Positions 44,239 to 54,547 are shown, counted from the first letter of the stretch. The stretch is 64,000 bases of DNA from Candidatus Omnitrophota bacterium (GCA_042571705.1 JBHPFV010000003.1:28298-92297); one strand, 5' to 3'. Numbers and translations: made by a program. Notes: a model not told the origin generated them from the letters alone.

Positions 44239-45151
44239 ACCAAATGCTGTAAATAAAGCCAAATAACAGTGCCCCTGTAAAGACGGTAGCAAGATACAGG
44301 ATAAATGTTTTCCTGGTCATCGCCGCTTTAAGCGCCACTAAAGTCGAGACTTTTGTGGCTGGCCCAGAGATGAAGAAGGCCAGAATTGCCCCTTTATTCA
44401 TACCTAAGTCCCCTAACGTCTGCATCACTGGAATGACTGCTCCTCCGCAAGCGTAGAAAGGGACGCCTCCCGCTACCGCGACAGGGATAGAAACACTACG
44501 TCGATCTCCTAATAGATTAGCCACCCAGCTTGCCGGAATCAGGACTTTTACTAACGCCGCGATCGTAATCCCAAAGACAAGGTATTTACCCGCGAATTTG
44601 GACAAACGGTAAAATTGATTCAAAAAGGAAGTACTATCAGAGAACCCCGAGGCCTTGCTTTCACTACGGATAAACCCGGTTAATTGGTTGCGGGAAATCA
44701 AAAATTGCATAGCATAACCAGCCGCAATCCCCAGCACAATAGCAACCAGTAATCTGCCCACAGCCATTTGATATCCAAAGGCCCCTAAAGTTAAAGAAAA
44801 AAGCGCAGGATTCATTAAAGGAGAAGATACCAGAAAGGTGAATAAAACCGGTGCCGGGGCCCCAACCTTAAAAAGGGCAGCGAGCAATGGTATCGTCGCG
44901 TAAGTAGGTATGGGCGAGATTACGCCTCCCAGTGCGGCAAGGCAAATCGAAATTCCACTGGAGGTGCGTAACTTTTGACAGAATGCAGCCAATTTACGCT
45001 CTGGCCAAATGACAACTATTAAAGCACTGATGATAATTCCGGCCAAGAAAAAATACCACAATTGCCCAAACAAATTTAACATAGCACCAACTATTTTATT
45101 TGCATATAAATAAATTGAGCTGTAATCTTGCGTGAAATTATTCATATTCAA
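44237..45151 (-). CDS. polytopic permease (DUF318/ArsP-like)
   Basis: 304 aa, about 8 TM helices, internal FYACGG motif. Family assignment is by general resemblance only. Confidence 0.5.
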   Translation of the reverse strand: MNMNNFTQDYSSIYLYANKIVGAMLNLFGQLWYFFLAGIIISALIVVIWPERKLAAFCQKLRTSSGISICLAALGGVISPIPTYATIPLLAALFKVGAPAPVLFTFLVSSPLMNPALFSLTLGAFGYQMAVGRLLVAIVLGIAAGYAMQFLISRNQLTGFIRSESKASGFSDSTSFLNQFYRLSKFAGKYLVFGITIAALVKVLIPASWVANLLGDRRSVSIPVAVAGGVPFYACGGAVIPVMQTLGDLGMNKGAILAFFISGPATKVSTLVALKAAMTRKTFILYLATVFTGALLFGFIYSIW

Positions 45152-46337
45152 ATTTTAAATACCTTAGAATAGATCCCGCTACTATTGCAACGCCAATGGG
45201 AAGGGCTGCTTCATCAAGGTCGAAAAAGGGGCTATGGGTAAGATGAGCTATCCCCTTTTTTCGATTACGGATTCCTATCGAAAAAATCGCCCCCGGAATT
45301 TTTTTGAAAAAGTAACTGATGTCTTCGCCTTCAAAGAAAGGATGTTTACAGTAGCAAATATTTTTGGGACCAAGAAGTTTTTCCCCGGCCCCAATTATTA
45401 TATCGTTTAGCTGGGCGTTGTTTGCCAGAGATGGATAAGAAGGGATAAATTGAAGCTGATGCTGCGCTCTGTGTGCGCGACAAATATCATCAACCACCTG
45501 CTTGATCTTCCTGAGTATATTCTTTCGTGTAGCAAGATCAAGTGTTCTCGCTGTGCCTTTTAGTCTGATAGAATGCGGGATAATATTGCTGGCGGTTCCG
45601 CCATGAATTTCTCCAATTGAAATAACAGCCGGCAGTCGAAAATTCTGTTGTCGCGAGACAGAAGAATGAAGTGCCTCAACAATCTTCGCTGCTACCAAAA
45701 TTGGGTTTACCGTCTTCCATGGTTGGGCGGCATGGCCTCCTTTACCAATCACAGTTATCTCAAAGTCATCTATGTTGGCAGTCACTATTCCCTTGCGCAC
45801 ATACATTTTTCCGGAATCCAGGGAGGGGCTTAGATCAAAACCAAAGATAGAATCAACCCGGGGGTTTCTTAAGGCTCCAGCGGCAATCATTGCCTGGGCC
45901 CCACCAGAACCTTCTTCATTGGGCTGAAAGACAAATTTGACCTGACCTTTGATCTTATCGGCAGCAATTTTGCTTAATAAATGAGCAACCCCCAAGGCAA
46001 TAGCAATCTTTCCATCATGGCCACAGGCATGCATAACGCCAGGAATTTTAGATGCATATTTTTTTCCAGTACGCTCTTGGATAGGCAGGGCATCCATATC
46101 TGTCCGGACAGCAACTGTTTTTCCGGTTTTTCCTCCTTTAAGAATACCGATCACACCTGTCTGGGCTACTTTTTCTTGCACTGTTAGTCCTAAACTTTTT
46201 AATTTTCTGGCGATTAGCCTTGCCGTTTTTAGTTCCCCAAAGCCCAGTTCCGGATAGGCGTGGATTTGCCGCCTGATTTTAATAATCTCAGACTTAATTT
46301 TAAACGATTCCTTTAATAAGTCACTTTCTTTCATCAA
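45138..46337 (-). CDS. M20D-family amidohydrolase (N-acyl-L-amino acid amidohydrolase/hippuricase-like)
   Basis: IHAYPELGF, MDALPI and MHACGHDG motifs. 399 aa. Confidence 0.85.
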   Translation of the reverse strand: MMKESDLLKESFKIKSEIIKIRRQIHAYPELGFGELKTARLIARKLKSLGLTVQEKVAQTGVIGILKGGKTGKTVAVRTDMDALPIQERTGKKYASKIPGVMHACGHDGKIAIALGVAHLLSKIAADKIKGQVKFVFQPNEEGSGGAQAMIAAGALRNPRVDSIFGFDLSPSLDSGKMYVRKGIVTANIDDFEITVIGKGGHAAQPWKTVNPILVAAKIVEALHSSVSRQQNFRLPAVISIGEIHGGTASNIIPHSIRLKGTARTLDLATRKNILRKIKQVVDDICRAHRAQHQLQFIPSYPSLANNAQLNDIIIGAGEKLLGPKNICYCKHPFFEGEDISYFFKKIPGAIFSIGIRNRKKGIAHLTHSPFFDLDEAALPIGVAIVAGSILRYLKFEYE

Positions 46338-47706
46338 CCAATCCCGTTTTAGAAATAACCATTTTGTGCTGTTTGAACAAAGTCTTTTCCGTACCCGGTT
46401 CCGACAAGATTTCCGGAACCCGCTCTACCTTGATCTTCACAATGCCTAAAAGACCTTTTTTGTCCAGAATTTTACTGATTGCTTTTTCCACCAGATTGCT
46501 TACTTCTTTTTCCCTTGCGGCTGCTATTATCTTAATTCGTAAAAAATCGTTATCTTCCTGGACCACCTGTAATTTCTCTAAGCCCGGGATCTTTAGATTG
46601 AAAAGAATAGGCTCAATTATTTCGTAGTTATTATCTGGTTTTTTCACCCAAAGCATATCTCCCGTTCTTCCCCAGATTTTGCTAATAATTGGCAGGGAGC
46701 ATCCGCAGCGGCATTTCAATGGAGACATTTGAATAACGTCATCTAAACTATATCGGATTATCGGTTGCGTGAAATTCATTAAATTCGTAAATATTGCTTT
46801 TCCTGGTTGCCCTACCGGAACCGGTCGGCCATCTAAGTCAAGGATTTCAAGAATCAGTGCCTGAAGATAAACGTGAAGCGAGTGGTATTCACACTCTAGG
46901 GCAATAGGGCCTGTTGCCTCAGTAGCGTAATAACCATTAAAAGGGGTACAACTAAACGCCTTGATTACAGACTGTCTAACATCCTCTGAAAACAGAGCCC
47001 CCCCGGAAAAAACTTTCTGCGGAGAGATGCGCAGGGCGCCTTTGATTTTTTGTTCAGCTAGTTCCTTGATCATGGACGGGTATCCGCCTAATATATCTGG
47101 TTTAAAGTCATTGAGTCCTTCTACTATTTCAGCTATAGGTCTACTTACTGAGAAATAGCGCATATTTAAAAGGAAATCCGGTATGTTTTTTCTAAACACA
47201 CTAGAGCCAACATGTGGATTTTCGGTTGAAACAGAAGCGATGCGCGGTTTTTTCTTTTTGAAAAGATATTTCATCGGGTCATAGATTCTATTTTCTATAA
47301 TGGTCGCTATTTCGTAATCAAAACAACGGTCGTCGATTAGGGAAAGCCATAGTAATCCAGACGACCCTCCGCTATGCAGCACGGTATACTTGTTATTTAT
47401 CTTAAATCTGTCCTTTTCTGATGCGCAAAAGTCGATCAATTGCTTTTTGGTAATCCCTTTGACTGTAAGTGAGTCGTCGTAATTGTCCATCAGCAATTTT
47501 TTATTTACTGTGGGTAGGTCTTCAGTGCCTAAATCCTTATCTACATCTATATCGCGGTAAAGCTTGGCATAAAAAGGAGAGCGTTGTTTTGCAAATTGCA
47601 CAAGCCGCAAAAATCTATGTTGTTGGAGGCGTTGAATTGAGGATAAATCCATCCGCATTATTTTCTTCAGCTCAAGCACATTTTTAAAAACACTGATTAG
47701 CCTCAT
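46321..47706 (-). CDS. adenylate-forming enzyme of the PaaK/CapK (F390-synthetase-like) family
   Basis: 461 aa. P-loop-like HSGGSSG. Overall ANL-like layout without the long-chain acyl-CoA synthetase motifs. Confidence 0.6.
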   Translation of the reverse strand: MRLISVFKNVLELKKIMRMDLSSIQRLQQHRFLRLVQFAKQRSPFYAKLYRDIDVDKDLGTEDLPTVNKKLLMDNYDDSLTVKGITKKQLIDFCASEKDRFKINNKYTVLHSGGSSGLLWLSLIDDRCFDYEIATIIENRIYDPMKYLFKKKKPRIASVSTENPHVGSSVFRKNIPDFLLNMRYFSVSRPIAEIVEGLNDFKPDILGGYPSMIKELAEQKIKGALRISPQKVFSGGALFSEDVRQSVIKAFSCTPFNGYYATEATGPIALECEYHSLHVYLQALILEILDLDGRPVPVGQPGKAIFTNLMNFTQPIIRYSLDDVIQMSPLKCRCGCSLPIISKIWGRTGDMLWVKKPDNNYEIIEPILFNLKIPGLEKLQVVQEDNDFLRIKIIAAAREKEVSNLVEKAISKILDKKGLLGIVKIKVERVPEILSEPGTEKTLFKQHKMVISKTGLVDERK

Positions 47707-47726
47707 CTTGGCCCCTGTTAATTAAT

Positions 47727-49871
47727 CTAGGTTTTTGCCTGCCGTTTTTTTTCTTGATAAATAACTTTATCCAAAAAGACGACCTTTTGAGGATCAATGG
47801 CAAAATAAGAACGGGTTTTTCTGTTTTTGGTTTCCAGCCACAGTGTTTTTCCCAAAAAATCTATTTTCTTTTGAGCATCACTGAATCTTGCGCGCCGGGG
47901 CTGGTGAATAAAATAATCAGTCTGTTCAGGCATCTTGATTGCTACGCCTAGCGTACCGTTTTCCGGATCAATCCTCTGGGAAAGCAGGGGATCTATGCGA
48001 ATTTTAGGGGGCTTTCCGCGGAAAGGAAAAAGCAATGTATAGAAGAAGGTTGTATTGCGGCCGATTTTTATATATTTTAGAAAAGGAGAACTAAAAGGTC
48101 GCTGGCCATAAATAACCTTCCCCTTTGTCATAACTAGCTGGTCAATTCCGTCTTTATCTAAAGGAACGACTTGCAGACCGACATTTCCCTTCACCACCGT
48201 GACCGTTTTCTCTATTCTGTCTACCTTCACCCTTCCGGGAAAAAAGTGGAGCAGGAACTCATAATTGCTGGCGAATGACGCTCGTTCGGGAAGCATTCTT
48301 AATTCATCGATAATCAACCAGTATTTCCCCTTGATGTATAATATCTTGCGTTTATGAGTTAGCGGATTAAGTAAACTGCGATATCCCTCATGTTCTGCCT
48401 CGATAAAATCAAAAGCCGCATTGGTGGTCCAGCGTTTTATTGAGACTTTGGGGAGTTTGCTGGCCTTTATAAAGGCTTTGAAATTGGGATGTAGCATAGC
48501 TTCTTTGAATTTATAGTCAATGTCCCATTGCCAGGTATCTTTTAATGCAACTTGATCGCGGCTGTTGACTTGAATCGTATTATGCGCTAAAGTGCGCCGA
48601 TACCAGCGTCCGTATTCACAATGGTCATAGGAACAGTTTCCTGCGTCAATAACCATTGCTTTTCCATGAGCATAAAGATCGAAACTTAGCTTTCCGGCAT
48701 GAGTATGCGGAAACCAGCCAGGATTGGCGTCGAAAAATAGATGCTGGGTATTCTTTCTGTCGCGCATCACCGCAAACCCGCCGTCCGGGAAAAGCGTTGA
48801 TTTTTTCTCTGAACAAGCAGAAGCTGCCTTGTCCGTTCTTGGAGGGATATTCCGGAGTTGTCCGTTATAGCGCAAGATTAAGTCCTTGCTATGCGCGTTA
48901 GTTAATCTGGGCCAATTATTATCGGGAAACATCTGATTAGCGTATAAGATGAAAGTTTTTAAGTCAATTATGTGAGAGTCATTAACCAGAGGCAGTGTGT
49001 TGTCGGGTCGCAGCGCGGCCATTGCAAAATTAACCATTTTTTGGGTAAGTTTCTTTAAGTCTTTAGGTACTCTTTGATGATTAATTTGGGCAATACGCAG
49101 GGCATCCAGATATAGCTGGGCCACAACCAGATGATAGCTCAATGATCCCTCTCCATGCACGCCGTCCGGAAAAAATTGTAATTTTGCTTGTTCTCCCAGT
49201 TTTCTATAAGCTAACCTTTTCCATTTTTCGGCCTCTTTAAATTCAGGGAATAGTATACCCAGATGGGCTAAGGCAACTAACTCATGAATCTGCCAATTGA
49301 CCGCACAATAATTAGAGGCAGAATTAATGCCATATAAATATTTTCCGTGATCAAAGATAACCTCAATGATCAACGATTTTTCTTCTTGGGTAATTTGTTT
49401 TGAATCTTTAATAAAATAAAACATCCATAATAAATTCATCACGCGAATTGCCGCGTTCAAACTGCGCCAGATCAGCCCAACGAGACGATCTCTTTTGGCT
49501 CTATCAGAAGAAGCAGGATTTTTCTTCCACCAGTCGCGGAGCAAAGATAGACTTTTCCTCAGGTATTGTGGTCTTTGGTAGAGGAAATACATCAGCCCTA
49601 AAGATGTTAAGAAGCTCAGCCTATTTACCTTAGCAGTCTTCTCGGTATTTTTGAATTTTTTCCAATCGATATCATCTCCAAAATCAGCCCAGCCCTTAGT
49701 TACGTTATGGAACATATATATTGCGGTATCTTCGCCGACCAAAAATGTGTTGCCTAAGGCAGCGTCGGCAATTTTCTTATCAAAGGAAACTTCTTTTAAA
49801 GCACGAAGTTTTTTCCTGAGTAATGGCGCCTGTTCAGATTGGAAATAAAACTTGGGCTTTTGTAATTTCAT
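47727..49871 (-). CDS. heparinase II/III-like (alginate-lyase superfamily) protein
   Basis: HAGKLSFDLYAHGKAMVIDAGNCSY..RWYRRTLAHNTIQVN matches the heparinase II/III C-terminal domain pattern. I moved the start to ATG 49871 (MKLQKPK..) because the track start at 50042 overlaps the upstream gene by 151 bp. Confidence 0.72.
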   Translation of the reverse strand: MKLQKPKFYFQSEQAPLLRKKLRALKEVSFDKKIADAALGNTFLVGEDTAIYMFHNVTKGWADFGDDIDWKKFKNTEKTAKVNRLSFLTSLGLMYFLYQRPQYLRKSLSLLRDWWKKNPASSDRAKRDRLVGLIWRSLNAAIRVMNLLWMFYFIKDSKQITQEEKSLIIEVIFDHGKYLYGINSASNYCAVNWQIHELVALAHLGILFPEFKEAEKWKRLAYRKLGEQAKLQFFPDGVHGEGSLSYHLVVAQLYLDALRIAQINHQRVPKDLKKLTQKMVNFAMAALRPDNTLPLVNDSHIIDLKTFILYANQMFPDNNWPRLTNAHSKDLILRYNGQLRNIPPRTDKAASACSEKKSTLFPDGGFAVMRDRKNTQHLFFDANPGWFPHTHAGKLSFDLYAHGKAMVIDAGNCSYDHCEYGRWYRRTLAHNTIQVNSRDQVALKDTWQWDIDYKFKEAMLHPNFKAFIKASKLPKVSIKRWTTNAAFDFIEAEHEGYRSLLNPLTHKRKILYIKGKYWLIIDELRMLPERASFASNYEFLLHFFPGRVKVDRIEKTVTVVKGNVGLQVVPLDKDGIDQLVMTKGKVIYGQRPFSSPFLKYIKIGRNTTFFYTLLFPFRGKPPKIRIDPLLSQRIDPENGTLGVAIKMPEQTDYFIHQPRRARFSDAQKKIDFLGKTLWLETKNRKTRSYFAIDPQKVVFLDKVIYQEKKRQAKT

Positions 49872-49891
49872 TTTCCCAGTAACCCCATTAT

Positions 49892-51052
49892 TTACTTGCC
49901 GCTGCGCAATGTTTTTAGAGAATAAAATCTGCCTCGCCAGCGGATGCCCCGCTGTCGGATTGTAATATATGCCGATCTCCACAAGGCCGATAAATATAAG
50001 ATAATGCAAAATGGACTCACCAGCAGGACTCTCCATCCGCATTGTAATTTTTGGCCCACATAACCATGAAGAATATGTATCATCAAGACTGAAAACACAT
50101 ATCCGTAACTCCTGGCATCGTGCAAACTCAAAAGAACTATGTATGGTAAAATTGCTACAGCCAGGTAAAAACCAGTGAGGCTGGATAATTCTTTGAGTGA
50201 AAAATTCAAGGTGGCGTAAGCGTTCTTTTCGGTAATCTTCATAAAGCCATTGACCCCTCTAAACCACTTTAATCTGATCAAGTCACTCCCCAAGAGTACA
50301 TCTTGCCTGGCTCCTGAACATTTCAGCAGCCGGCCTAGATTCATATCCTGAGGGATTTTTAAACGAATTGCTTCATCTCCGCCGGCCTGCTGATATGCAG
50401 TTTTTTTCACCAAATTGAATTGGCCAAGTCCTATAGAATATTTCTTTGAACAGGTCGAAACAGCTTTGGGGTTTCTGTGCATCATAAACAGCATGATAAA
50501 AAAAGTCCACAACGCATTTTCCCAGTATTTCCCCGGTATGTGCGAAGTAAGTAAAACAAGGTGGTCCAGTTTTTTGCCCAGCGCGTATTTAATTGCTAAT
50601 CGCAGAGTTTTTTTATTGAATAAGACATCGGCATCGGTTAATAGAATAAAATCACCTTTAGCAGTTTGCGCAGCCTGATGAATAGCGTATTGTTTGCCGA
50701 GCCAATTTTCAGGGAGTTCTCTATTATGAACAACCTTTAAACGCTGCTCTTGTTCTGCTAAGCGGCGCAAAATCGCGCCGGTTTGGTCTTGGGAGCGGTC
50801 ATCTACAGCAATTACCTCAAAATCGGGGTAGTCCATTTTCAAGAGTGAACGCAAGGTTCCTTCAATGCCCTGCTCTTCATTTCGCGCTGGGACTATCACA
50901 GAAACAGAAGGCCAATTTGCAGGAGTTGGCGATTGGGCAGCTTTCTTAGTTAATCGCTGGGTGCCGAAAAACCAAAAAGTAGTAGCTGCCCTACGAATCC
51001 ATTCGTAAAAAATCACCCATCCTAAAAAGCAGGTAATCCACCAGACGGTCAT
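49892..51052 (-). CDS. membrane-bound family 2 glycosyltransferase
   Basis: N-terminal TM helix, SVIVPARNEE..VIAVDDRSQD, LTDADV, and C-terminal TM helices. Confidence 0.8.
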   Translation of the reverse strand: MTVWWITCFLGWVIFYEWIRRAATTFWFFGTQRLTKKAAQSPTPANWPSVSVIVPARNEEQGIEGTLRSLLKMDYPDFEVIAVDDRSQDQTGAILRRLAEQEQRLKVVHNRELPENWLGKQYAIHQAAQTAKGDFILLTDADVLFNKKTLRLAIKYALGKKLDHLVLLTSHIPGKYWENALWTFFIMLFMMHRNPKAVSTCSKKYSIGLGQFNLVKKTAYQQAGGDEAIRLKIPQDMNLGRLLKCSGARQDVLLGSDLIRLKWFRGVNGFMKITEKNAYATLNFSLKELSSLTGFYLAVAILPYIVLLSLHDARSYGYVFSVLMIHILHGYVGQKLQCGWRVLLVSPFCIILYLSALWRSAYITIRQRGIRWRGRFYSLKTLRSGK

Positions 51053-51104
51053 TATTCAGCAATATCTCCTGGAACCTAACTTCTATTAGTATCCGCATTG
51101 GATA

Positions 51105-52334
51105 CTAAGTTAGTGCGACTTCTCTCGTAAAATAAGTCCACAGATCATATCCGTCCCAAGACACTTGAAAAGACAGTGCCTCACCGATTGGGACTATCCG
51201 GTCTATACCGCGACCGCTTAGTTGCCAGGCAAATTTTTCTAGCTCATGCTTAGGAAACCCGTAGACAGCAAGGGTTTGGTCTTTGAGCGTTATTAACTTC
51301 AGAATATCAAGTAGACTCGATTTCTCGGTCTCCAAAAATAGCCCGCCTCCGGGGTGTATTTCGCGCAGACCTGCTTTATGATTTTTCAGATGAACTTTAT
51401 ACGGAAGCTCAGTTGCGGCGGACAAAAGTTTATCTGCTATGCCACAAGCGGCATACCTGTATCCCGCAAGCATTCGAATTATAGTGCCGCCCTGGTCGTT
51501 CCAATTAATATTTTTTTGGCGCGCTACTTTTTTAAAAGCTGCCCAAAATCGGTTCTTAGCCCTATTTAGCTCCTTCTTTTTTCCTATCCAAAAAATCAAC
51601 CTAGGCGAAGCGCAAGCGTTTTGATTCAGTCTAAAAGTATCATTGTAAAAGTTTTTCGCAAGTCTATCGATATTAACCTTAGACCCATTTAAAACAACCT
51701 CGGCTTTAATGGCAGCCATAGAGAATCTATCTGCGAACAAAAGCTCAGTAGCTCTGGGAGGTAAAGGCACAGCTCTGATATTCAGAATAGTTTCATCGCC
51801 GCCCCAGATTACACGCAGATGGCAAAATCGGGACAGTTGTTCAGTAATTTTCCGCTGGTGAGCGTAGCTCACCACCAGAGTCCTTTCCCTGATGGCCTTA
51901 AAACGTTTTAGACCTAAAATGGAGTTAAGCAGATCAAGGATAAGTTGCGTCTGCGCGCTTCTATTTTGAGGAAGGCGAACTACATTTATGTTACCCGCAA
52001 GTAACGACAAAAACCATGAAGCGATAAATATAGAGTCGATATTTGCCGGGGTGAAGTGCAAAGTTACACCTCGAGGCAACCAAATCCTATTTTGACGTTT
52101 CGATTCATAATCCTGATGGAGCTGTTGAAGATGTGTTTTCGAGAACCAGTTGGCGATAGCCTTTAACTCCGGATATTGCGCCAACCGTTTATTATGCAGT
52201 AATCTCTTTGAGAATTCTTGTAAAAATAACAAGGTTGCGCCTGCAAATGGTTTCATTGGTTTAATCGAAGTAGTGCGCTTAAGCAGTCCTTGCCAATGCG
52301 TATTTGTTTTGTTAGGTATTAAGATTTCCATCAA
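51105..52334 (-). CDS. LuxC-like acyl-CoA/acyl-protein reductase
   Basis: 409 aa. Active-site-like NQNACASPR (compare the LuxC family QQACSSP). Adjacent to, and overlapping, a LuxE-like gene. Confidence 0.62.
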   Translation of the reverse strand: MMEILIPNKTNTHWQGLLKRTTSIKPMKPFAGATLLFLQEFSKRLLHNKRLAQYPELKAIANWFSKTHLQQLHQDYESKRQNRIWLPRGVTLHFTPANIDSIFIASWFLSLLAGNINVVRLPQNRSAQTQLILDLLNSILGLKRFKAIRERTLVVSYAHQRKITEQLSRFCHLRVIWGGDETILNIRAVPLPPRATELLFADRFSMAAIKAEVVLNGSKVNIDRLAKNFYNDTFRLNQNACASPRLIFWIGKKKELNRAKNRFWAAFKKVARQKNINWNDQGGTIIRMLAGYRYAACGIADKLLSAATELPYKVHLKNHKAGLREIHPGGGLFLETEKSSLLDILKLITLKDQTLAVYGFPKHELEKFAWQLSGRGIDRIVPIGEALSFQVSWDGYDLWTYFTREVALT

Positions 52335-53446
52335 ACCTCTCCTGGTCTAGTATATTCAGCGGCGTATATGTCACTACACCCTCGCAATTCGGCTAAGGGC
52401 ATTCGGCCTTCAACCCGGAAGTGTTTTCCTTTTCGGCCACAGCGACAATCATCTTCACCCAAAACCGTTCCCAAGTCTTCTGTTAACAAACTGTGCCCTG
52501 GGTAACTTCGGGCTATAGTGTTTAGCACTTGGATCAGCCCCCTTCGGCCTGGCGCCAGAGGCTTAAGAGAAGTTTGATCGCGAATAATAATATCTGCGAA
52601 ATCCGGAACATGCAGGTGACCTCTCTCGCATTCCAGAAAAATCACTCCGAACAGTTCGGCCATCGAATACAGATTATAGATTTTTTTGATCCCTAATTGA
52701 TATTTTAATCTCGACTTGAAAACTCGATTATTTACGGCCAACTCATCCATCTTTTTCCAACCCCCAGCATGAATAAGTATGCTCTCGCCAAGATCTAAAC
52801 GGCATCTTTTCTTCATCAAAGGTCGATATAAATGCTGCCAGATGATAAAGGTGAAACCAAAAAGGATTATCCTCTCTTGCCCATGTTTCTTCAGGAAAGA
52901 TTTCAGCTTGTTCCATTGCGGGTTCATGGAGTCATCTAACAAAAATAAATGGTCGCTGCTAATATTCATTGCTCCTCGCAGAGAACTACCGCGTACCCTT
53001 GAGGTAACCTCATCCTGAATTTTACCTGAGGCATCAACCGAAATTATCGGATATTTTTTCTTTCCAATAAAAGAAAACACTGTGGCTCTCCAGGCCTGAG
53101 CTCCTAAGGCCAAAGTCTCTTGGTCCAAAAAGACTCGCGAGGAAATTTGCGATGTTGTACCGCTAGACAAGATTGTTTTCTTTATCAATTTACCGGGGAC
53201 ACTCCTTAATTCACAAGTTTTGAACAGGCCAACCGGCAGCATAGGTATATCTTCCAAACTATCTACTGAGGATAACGAAAACGGCAAGGCCTCCAGAATA
53301 CGTTTGTAAGCTTGACAGTTTCTTCTGTGTTTCAAGGTAAGCTTGCGTAATTGTTCGAGCAGAAGCCTCTTCTTATCTCGTCTCTTGAGGCAATAAGGAT
53401 TAGAGGTTACAAGACATTCTACGCTCTTTTGGGAAATTTTATTCAT
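52331..53446 (-). CDS. LuxE-like acyl-protein synthetase (adenylate-forming)
   Basis: 371 aa. LSSGTTSQ P-loop. Length and order (luxE-like then luxC-like) fit the family. Confidence 0.62.
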   Translation of the reverse strand: MNKISQKSVECLVTSNPYCLKRRDKKRLLLEQLRKLTLKHRRNCQAYKRILEALPFSLSSVDSLEDIPMLPVGLFKTCELRSVPGKLIKKTILSSGTTSQISSRVFLDQETLALGAQAWRATVFSFIGKKKYPIISVDASGKIQDEVTSRVRGSSLRGAMNISSDHLFLLDDSMNPQWNKLKSFLKKHGQERIILFGFTFIIWQHLYRPLMKKRCRLDLGESILIHAGGWKKMDELAVNNRVFKSRLKYQLGIKKIYNLYSMAELFGVIFLECERGHLHVPDFADIIIRDQTSLKPLAPGRRGLIQVLNTIARSYPGHSLLTEDLGTVLGEDDCRCGRKGKHFRVEGRMPLAELRGCSDIYAAEYTRPGEV

Positions 53447-53475
53447 TCCACATTCCTATAGAATCATAAATTTGC

Positions 53476-54534
53476 CTAAAAATACATCTGCACTTGCCGT
53501 TTAATTTGAGCTAATTCATCTGCGGTAATGTCTCGTGGAAAATTGTAAATAAGATTTGGAGTGTCAGCAACGAAAGGTCTATTGCAGGCCCCCTTTAATC
53601 CACCGCACCCTGTGCAGATCGATAAAAAAGGAGTTCCCGCTTCGATTAGTTTGATCAACTCTTGTTTAGGCACCCCAAAATCAACTAAAATCCCTTTCTT
53701 ATTGAATTTCATGTCTTCAACTCTGACCTTTTTCTGGTAAATTAAGTATCGTGCTAACTGGATTTTTCTATAGCTCTCAATCGGTGGTTGCTTGTAATTT
53801 TCTAATCCCGTTCCTACAACAGGCAGTAAGGGTCCGATTGCGCTAGCTATCCCGATATCAAACAGTTGCTGAATAAACGAAAGTGCCTCGGCTTCAGTCT
53901 CGCCTAATCCGATCATCAGATGAGTGCCTACTTTAAATTTACCAAATACTTCGACCGCGTCCTTCAAACCCTGAATATGGCTTTCCCATCTGAATGGCCC
54001 TTTTGCCTTTTCTCCTTTTATCTTTGAAAAAACCTCTGGTGTGGCGCAATCCATTGATATAGTGAATCTGGCTAAATTTAAAGGCTTCAGTTTTAGAAGA
54101 CTTTTTTTTGGCGCGGGTGTAGTGCAGACAGTGATTGCCACAGAGCTTCTTTTTCGTATTTCTTCCGCCGCGTACCTGATCATTTCGAAATGATTCGGCA
54201 TACATATGGTTTGGGAGCAGACGTTTTTAATAATTCCTTCGCTATAGGCCTCGGCAATCCTCTCGGCTACAATTTCTATAGGAAATGCCGGATATTGGAT
54301 ATCCGTGATAGAAAAGTCTGTAAGCTTGCTTGAAGTCTGGGTACAAAAGGCGCATCGGGCGCTACATCTCTTTTTTGAATAGAGCAGCAAGTATATAGTA
54401 GTAGCAACAGTCAAAGATCTCTCCAATAACCGTTTTCTTGTTTCCTTATAGTCTAGTGTGACCAGGCCCAAGGTGAATGCCGACCCCCTGCTCATGCGAA
54501 TCTTGCCTTCTTCCAATATTTCGCTTCGTCCCAT
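53476..54534 (-). CDS. radical SAM enzyme (BioB/HydE-like core) with an extra C-terminal Cys cluster
   Basis: CSARCAFC (CxxxCxxC), GLGETEAE, and C-terminal CTGCGGLKGAC. Confidence 0.75.
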   Translation of the reverse strand: MGRSEILEEGKIRMSRGSAFTLGLVTLDYKETRKRLLERSLTVATTIYLLLYSKKRCSARCAFCTQTSSKLTDFSITDIQYPAFPIEIVAERIAEAYSEGIIKNVCSQTICMPNHFEMIRYAAEEIRKRSSVAITVCTTPAPKKSLLKLKPLNLARFTISMDCATPEVFSKIKGEKAKGPFRWESHIQGLKDAVEVFGKFKVGTHLMIGLGETEAEALSFIQQLFDIGIASAIGPLLPVVGTGLENYKQPPIESYRKIQLARYLIYQKKVRVEDMKFNKKGILVDFGVPKQELIKLIEAGTPFLSICTGCGGLKGACNRPFVADTPNLIYNFPRDITADELAQIKRQVQMYF

Positions 54535-54547
54535 CTTTTCTTCCTTT

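Noticed and set aside
49872-50042. N-terminal 57 codons of the track ORF 47727-50042
   Set aside because: This extension overlaps the upstream GT2 gene by 151 bp and has no RBS. The internal ATG at 49871 (MKLQKPK..) leaves a 20-nt gap and is the more plausible start.
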